Below are positions 58,996 to 64,000 of a stretch of 64,000 bases of DNA, piece after piece; position 1 is the stretch's first letter, and each line of letters opens with the position of its first letter. Origin of the DNA: Planctomycetes bacterium ADurb.Bin069 (GTDB taxonomy: Bacteria; Planctomycetota; UBA8108; UBA8890; UBA8898); assembly GCA_002070955.1 (NCBI GenBank), contig MWEK01000007.1, positions 78,574 through 142,573 of the forward strand, in the 5' to 3' direction. The position numbers were made by a program, and so were the translations under genes. Under the pieces are notes generated by a model. The model was not told the origin of the DNA. It made no database searches and saw only the letters and a program-made list of their open reading frames with translations.

Positions 58996-60192
58996 ATGCT
59001 TGTGATACTCGCCCTCGCCACGCTGCTCAGCGCCGCCGAGCCGCCGCGGGCCCAGGTCACCGCCCTCACGGAAATCCAGGGCGCCTTTCAGGGACTTGCG
59101 CGGGACGGCGCGGGCTTCGCATTCCTGGTGGGCGACCGGCGCGTGCCCGCGCAGGAAGTCGTGCGCGCCGTTCTGGCGCCGCCCGCTGCGGACCCCGCGC
59201 CCAGGCCGGCGACGGTCGCGGTCTTCCCGGACCGCAGCGAGCTGGCCGGCGACATCAAGGACGCCGCCGAGGAACGCCTCACGATCGCCAATCCCGTCCT
59301 GGGAGACATCCGCGTGTCGCTGGACGGCCTGCTTGCGCTGGTGTTCCCGCGGGCGTTTCCCACCCTGGCCGCGGGCGAAGAGTTCCGGGTGCAGGTCCGC
59401 ACGCCGCCCGCGGCCGACACGCTGTACACCACCGAAGGCGCCGGCGTCGAGGGCATCGTCCAGAGCATGAGCCTGGACGCCATCACGGTGCAGTCCGCGG
59501 GGCTTGGAACCACGACGTTCCCGATCGCGAAGATCCGAGGCCTCGCGCTGGCTCAGATCGATGCGTACCACCCGCCCGCCGCGCTGCGGATCGGCGCCGT
59601 GCTGCGCGACGGGAGCACGCTCTGGGGCATGCCCGCCGGCGGCGACGCTTCGACGCTGAAGATCGAGGCGGCCTCCGGCGCCTTCGAGATTCCCTTCGCC
59701 GCCGTCGCCGAAATCCTCGTCGCCGGCGGCCGCTGGACCATGCTCGCCGACCTCGCGCCCTCGGCCGTCGAGGAGCGCAGCTACCTCGGCGACAAAGTCT
59801 GGCCGTTCCGGCGCGACGCGAACGTCATGGGCGGCCTGCTCAAGGCGCGCGGCGTGCGCCACCATCGCGGGCTCGGCGTCCACTCCCACTCCAAGCTCAC
59901 GTACCGCCTCGACGGAAAGTACGCCCGCTTCGAGGCCCTGGCCGCGGTGGATGACTGCGCCATCGACGAAAACCTCGACACCCGCTTCGGCAACGTGGTC
60001 TTCAAGGTCGCGGTGGACGGCCAGGAGCGTTTCACCAGCGGCGAGGTCTCCTGGAACGACGCGCCGCTGCCGGTCTCCGTGGACACCGCCGGCGCGGCCG
60101 AGTTGGTCCTGGAAGTCGACTGGGGCGCCGGCTTCCATGTGCGCGACCGGGCGGATTGGCTCGAGGCGCGGCTGCTGGCCGCGCCCAAATAG
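58996..60192 (+). CDS. secreted NPCBM/NEW2-domain protein
   Basis: Signal peptide MLVILALATLLSAAEP. C-terminal NPCBM-like block GVRHHRGLGVHSHSKLTYRLDGKYARFEALAAVDD...VFKVAVDGQERFTSGEV...LVLEVDWG...DRADWLEARLL. Confidence 0.75.
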   Translation: MLVILALATLLSAAEPPRAQVTALTEIQGAFQGLARDGAGFAFLVGDRRVPAQEVVRAVLAPPAADPAPRPATVAVFPDRSELAGDIKDAAEERLTIANPVLGDIRVSLDGLLALVFPRAFPTLAAGEEFRVQVRTPPAADTLYTTEGAGVEGIVQSMSLDAITVQSAGLGTTTFPIAKIRGLALAQIDAYHPPAALRIGAVLRDGSTLWGMPAGGDASTLKIEAASGAFEIPFAAVAEILVAGGRWTMLADLAPSAVEERSYLGDKVWPFRRDANVMGGLLKARGVRHHRGLGVHSHSKLTYRLDGKYARFEALAAVDDCAIDENLDTRFGNVVFKVAVDGQERFTSGEVSWNDAPLPVSVDTAGAAELVLEVDWGAGFHVRDRADWLEARLLAAPK

Positions 60193-60203
60193 CGCGAGGT
60201 GCC

Positions 60204-60626
60204 ATGGCCGGCCGGTCGATCTCATCGGGCTACGACGGAAGGCAGGACGGCATCCGCGCCCTGGAGCTTCCCGCCATCGAGGTCTTCGAGAACAAGTACG
60301 CCGACAAGGACTACGAGGTCGAGCTGGTTCTGCCCGAGTTCAATTCGGTCTGCCCGCTCACGGGCCTGCCCGACTTCGGCCGTGTCGTCATCAGGTACGC
60401 GCCCGGCAAATGGTGCGCCGAGATGAAGTCCCTGAAGCTCTACATCACGGCCTACCGCACCCTAGGGATCTTCCAGGAACACGCCGCCAACAAAATCCTC
60501 GAGGATTTCGTCGCGGCGGTCGCGCCGCGCCGCGCGGCGCTCGAGGCCCGCTTCAACCCGCGCGGCGGCATCGAGACCGTGGTGCGCTGCGCGTGGGAGC
60601 CGAAAAAACGCTCCCGCGGCGCCTGA
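60204..60626 (+). CDS. queF: NADPH-dependent 7-cyano-7-deazaguanine (preQ0) reductase, unimodular type
   Basis: EFNSVCPLTGLPDFG contains the catalytic Cys. QueF motif EMKSLKLYI. Start at ATG 60204. Confidence 0.85.
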   Translation: MAGRSISSGYDGRQDGIRALELPAIEVFENKYADKDYEVELVLPEFNSVCPLTGLPDFGRVVIRYAPGKWCAEMKSLKLYITAYRTLGIFQEHAANKILEDFVAAVAPRRAALEARFNPRGGIETVVRCAWEPKKRSRGA

Positions 60627-60641
60627 GGCCCGCGGCGGCGG

Positions 60642-61970
60642 TCACGGGCAGCCCGCCCCGGGCTCCGGCGTTCTGTGGGTGTACGACCGCTTGCCCGGAC
60701 CGTAGTCCCCCACCGCGTGGCCGGCGCCCCGGAGCTCGTATTTGTAGGTCACGATGCCCTCCAGGCCCACCGGCCCCCGGGCGTGGATCTTGCCGGTGCT
60801 GATGCCGATCTCCGCGCCCAGACCGTACCTGAAGCCATCCGCGAAACGCGTCGACGCGTTGACGAAGACCCCCGCCGAGTCGACGTAGCGGCAGAAATAC
60901 GCGGCGGCGGCCTCATCTTCGGTGACGATCGCGTCCGTATGGTGCGAGCCGTAGCGGTTGATGTGCGCCGCCGCGGCGGCCAGATCCGCCACGACCCGCA
61001 CGCTCGCGATGAGGTCCAGATACTCGGCCGACCAGGCGTCCTCGCCCGCCGCCCCGGCCTCCGGAACCAGCGCCCGCGTCTCCGGGCACCCGCGCACCTC
61101 GACGCCCTCGGCCATGAGGGCGCGGACCACGGGCGGGAGCAGCCGCGCCGCGCCCCCGCGGTCGAAAAGCACCGTCTCGGCCGCGTTGCACACCGCCGGA
61201 TACTCGGTCTTGGCATCGACGACGATGCGCTGCGCCTTGGCGAGATCCGCCGCCTCGTGGACGTACACGTGGCAGACGCCATCCGCGTGGCCGAGCACCG
61301 GAATCCGCGTGCCGGCCTGGATCTGCTTGACGAGTTCCTTGCCGCCCCGGGGAATCAGGAGATCGACTTCCGCATCGCACGCCAGCAGTTCCCGCACCTC
61401 CTCGCGCGTGCTCAGGAGTTGGAGCGCATCGACGCTCACGGCCGGAGAGGCCGCCAAGCCCTCTCGCAGCGCCGCCATCAGCGCCGCGTTGGTCGCCTGC
61501 GCCTCCTTGCCGCCCTTGAGAATGCCGGCGTTGCCGGCTTTCAGGAGCAGACCCGAGACCTGCACGACGACGTCGGGGCGCGATTCGAAGACGACGCCGA
61601 TGACGCCGAGCGCGCAGCTCACGCGCCTGAGCGTCAACCCCTCGTCGAGCTCCATGGTCCAGAGCACGCGGTTGGCCGGGTCGGGCAGCCGGAGAACCTG
61701 CTCGAGGCCCGCCACGGCGCCCGCCAGCTTCGCGTCGTCGAAAACGAGCCGCGCCCTGAGCGCCGCCGTCATCCGCCCCGCCGCAACCAGTTCGTCCGCG
61801 GCCGCGCAGTCCCGCGCGTTCGCGGCGAGGATCTCGCCGCGGCGCCGCGCGAGCGCCGCGATCATGCCCCGCAGGGCCGCGTTCTTGTCCTCCTCCGTGC
61901 ACCCCAGGAGAGCGAGGTACGCGGCGCGCGCCGCCTCCGCGACCTTCCGGATCCCGCCGCCTGCCATCAT
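60642..61970 (-). CDS. proA: gamma-glutamyl phosphate reductase
   Basis: 442 aa, aldehyde-dehydrogenase fold. KNAALRGMIAAL N-terminal block and CNAAETVL catalytic Cys context. GGGAG Shine-Dalgarno. Begins 7 nt after the proB stop. Confidence 0.9.
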   Translation of the reverse strand: MMAGGGIRKVAEAARAAYLALLGCTEEDKNAALRGMIAALARRRGEILAANARDCAAADELVAAGRMTAALRARLVFDDAKLAGAVAGLEQVLRLPDPANRVLWTMELDEGLTLRRVSCALGVIGVVFESRPDVVVQVSGLLLKAGNAGILKGGKEAQATNAALMAALREGLAASPAVSVDALQLLSTREEVRELLACDAEVDLLIPRGGKELVKQIQAGTRIPVLGHADGVCHVYVHEAADLAKAQRIVVDAKTEYPAVCNAAETVLFDRGGAARLLPPVVRALMAEGVEVRGCPETRALVPEAGAAGEDAWSAEYLDLIASVRVVADLAAAAAHINRYGSHHTDAIVTEDEAAAAYFCRYVDSAGVFVNASTRFADGFRYGLGAEIGISTGKIHARGPVGLEGIVTYKYELRGAGHAVGDYGPGKRSYTHRTPEPGAGCP

Positions 61971-61977
61971 GGCTCCC

Positions 61978-63138
61978 TCACAGTATGACGAGGTTGTCGC
62001 GCGTCACGAAACAATCGTAGTTGGGCTCGTGCGTGAGGGAGGCCACGGCCTTGCTGTGCTTTCCGAGGAGCAGCCGCGCCGCCGCGGCGGCGTGGTTCGC
62101 CATGCCGCGGGCGAACTCCGCGCCCTTCTCGTCGGCGACAGCCACCACGTCCCCGCGCTCGAAATCGCCCTCGACGGCGACGATGCCCGCGAAGAGCAGG
62201 CTCGCGCCCCGCTCCTGGAGGGCCTTGCGGGCGCCCTCGGTGACGACGACGCGCCCGTCGAACCCCCGCGCGAAGGCGATCCAGCGCTTGCGGCTGGAGA
62301 GCTTGCGCCCCGGCAGAAACAGCGTGCCTTCCTTCCTGCCGCCCAGGACGCGCGTGAGGGCGCCGGGCGTCTTGCCGCCGGCAATCACGCCGATGCCCCC
62401 CGAGTCGGTGGCAATGCGCATGGCCTCGAGCTTCGTGCGCATGCCGCCCCGGCCGGTGGCGCTCGCGCCGCCGGCGGTGTCGCCCGCAAGCGCGTCGATC
62501 TCCCCCACGACGTCGATCAGCTTCCCGCCCTTCTCGGGCCCCGGGGCGGAGTACAGGCCGCTCACGTTGCTCAGGACGACGAGCGCCTCGGCGTCCATCC
62601 TGCTCATGACGAGGGCGGAGAGCTTGTCGTTGTCGCCGAAGGCGCGGCCGGCGCGCGGGGCGATCTCGATCTCTGCGGTGGAGACCGGATCGTTCTCGTT
62701 GACGACGGGCAGGACGCCGTGCTCCAGGAGCGCGCTGAACGTATTCCTCAGGTTGAGGTAGCGCCTGCGCGAGCTGAAATCCTCCTCGGTCAGGAGGAGC
62801 TGCGCCACGGGGATGCCGAAGCGCCCGAAGGCCTCCTCGTACACGCTCATGAGCAGGACCTGCCCGACGGCCGCGCAGGCCTGCTTGACGGGCAGGACCT
62901 CGCCCGTGGCGCCGATGCGGCTCCGTCCCAGCCCCATCGCGCCTGACGAGACCAGGATCACCTGGCAGCCCCGCCCCCGCACGGCCACGATATCCTCGAT
63001 GATCCCGCCCAGCCGGCCGATGGCCAGGGCGCCGTTGGCGTGCATGACGACGTTGGTGCCCAGCTTGACCACGACCCGGGACGCCCGCGCGAGCGCCTTG
63101 CGCGCCGCCGCCGCCCGTTTTCCGATCTCGCTGCTCAT
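61978..63138 (-). CDS. proB: glutamate 5-kinase (with PUA domain)
   Basis: RVVVKLGTNVV and VILVSSGAMGLG kinase motifs. C-terminal PUA-like region. ATG 63138 overlaps the ggt stop (ATGA). The track start 63642 is an extension in the ggt region. Confidence 0.9.
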   Translation of the reverse strand: MSSEIGKRAAAARKALARASRVVVKLGTNVVMHANGALAIGRLGGIIEDIVAVRGRGCQVILVSSGAMGLGRSRIGATGEVLPVKQACAAVGQVLLMSVYEEAFGRFGIPVAQLLLTEEDFSSRRRYLNLRNTFSALLEHGVLPVVNENDPVSTAEIEIAPRAGRAFGDNDKLSALVMSRMDAEALVVLSNVSGLYSAPGPEKGGKLIDVVGEIDALAGDTAGGASATGRGGMRTKLEAMRIATDSGGIGVIAGGKTPGALTRVLGGRKEGTLFLPGRKLSSRKRWIAFARGFDGRVVVTEGARKALQERGASLLFAGIVAVEGDFERGDVVAVADEKGAEFARGMANHAAAAARLLLGKHSKAVASLTHEPNYDCFVTRDNLVIL

Positions 63139-64000
63139 GGTTCGCAGGCTACTCCGGGTTCGCCCGGATCGTAACCGGGCACCAGCCCCTTCTCGGTGAA
63201 CGCGATACCATAGATTCGGCCCACCATGCCGAAAGGATTGGGGCTGCGCAGGATCTTCCAGCTCTTCGCCAGGTAATCCTCGAGGGTGAAGGGCATGCGC
63301 GCCTCGAGCAGCAGCGTGGAGCGGTAGGCGTCGAAGCGCGGCCTGCAAACGGCGTCCTGGAGGTCCATGCCGAACACCAGGCGGTTGATCAGGACCTGCG
63401 CCAGTCCCGCGGTGATATGGGACCCGCCCGGTGATCCGATAATCAGCGCCGGGCGCTCCCCCTCCATGACGATCGTCTGGGCGATGCCGGTGCTGCGCGC
63501 CTTTCCCGGAACGATCGAGTTGGGCGTCCCCGGCACGGGATCGTAGCCCTGCATGCAGTTGTTGTACATGAACCCGAGGCCCGGCGTGAACACCCCCGAG
63601 CCGTAGCCCAGCGAGTGGCAGAACGCGCAGGCGTTGCCCCACCGGTCGGCCGTGACGATGACGGTGGTGTCCTGCCCCTCGGCCGCGGCGCGCCGCTCCC
63701 GCGCATCGAGCATCGCCACGATGTACTCCGGCGAGAGCAGGCGCGCGACATCGACGGGCTCGAACTCCGGATCAGCGTGGAAGCTCGTCCGGTCGTGCTG
63801 GACCGCGCTGAAGATGCGCCCGAGCTGATCGACGTACTCGGCGCGGTTGAGTCCCGCCCCCGCGACACCCTGGAAGGCCGCCGCCGCGAGACACTGAAGG
63901 AGCGCCGGGCCGCCGCCCGGCAGCGGCGTGGAGAGGATGCGCCGGCCGGCGAACTCGCCCTCGACGGGCGCCTGCCACCTGACCGCGTAGGACTCCAGAT
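63135..64000 (-). CDS. ggt: gamma-glutamyltranspeptidase, C-terminal ~288 aa (gene continues past right edge)
   Basis: The frame is open from base 64000. ...LSTPLPGGGPALLQCL...EGQDTTVIVTADRWGNA contains the autoprocessing Thr context. GSPGGSHI small-subunit motif. Confidence 0.85.
   Translation of the reverse strand, partial: LESYAVRWQAPVEGEFAGRRILSTPLPGGGPALLQCLAAAAFQGVAGAGLNRAEYVDQLGRIFSAVQHDRTSFHADPEFEPVDVARLLSPEYIVAMLDARERRAAAEGQDTTVIVTADRWGNACAFCHSLGYGSGVFTPGLGFMYNNCMQGYDPVPGTPNSIVPGKARSTGIAQTIVMEGERPALIIGSPGGSHITAGLAQVLINRLVFGMDLQDAVCRPRFDAYRSTLLLEARMPFTLEDYLAKSWKILRSPNPFGMVGRIYGIAFTEKGLVPGYDPGEPGVACEP

Overview
This is a 64-kb stretch of a very GC-rich bacterial chromosome. Third codon positions are almost always G/C, which produces many very long shadow ORFs antisense to the real genes. 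I call 40 protein genes. I found no rRNA, tRNA, CRISPR array, transposase or integrase. About half the genes are housekeeping: pyrG, gap-pgk, folK, truD, panD, queF, ggt-proB-proA, hypF-hypE, glgP/glgX-type glycogen genes, a TrmH methyltransferase, a PfkB kinase, and LysR and AraC regulators. These are interspersed with envelope or secreted proteins typical of PVC/Planctomycetota-like genomes (an inference from domain content only). They include two giant dockerin-tailed proteins, one LTD-CotH-IPT and one lectin plus 3 repeated supermodules. The others are DUF1573 and NPCBM proteins, a beta-propeller/di-haem peroxidase, a double-FAD oxidoreductase with a discoidin-like insert, an omptin-like outer-membrane protease and a Zn-ribbon/TPR/retropepsin membrane protein. 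I could not identify any known defence or mobile system. Candidates worth a second look, ranked: (1) An EF-G paralogue with a degenerate GTPase centre (catalytic His->Ser, NKxD->TRQD), translationally coupled to a deoxyhypusine-synthase-like enzyme. (2) A single-chain double UvrA with four ABC modules whose second unit lacks the insertion domain. (3) The two dockerin-bearing giants, with no cohesin partner in view. (4) An omptin-like protease far outside its usual taxonomic range. (5) A radical-SAM gene and a 66-aa acidic ORF whose divergent start codons share one CCATGG. Sigma70-like promoters, two apparent leaderless transcripts and strong GC hairpins are also listed. All assignments come from reading motifs by eye; no searches were run.
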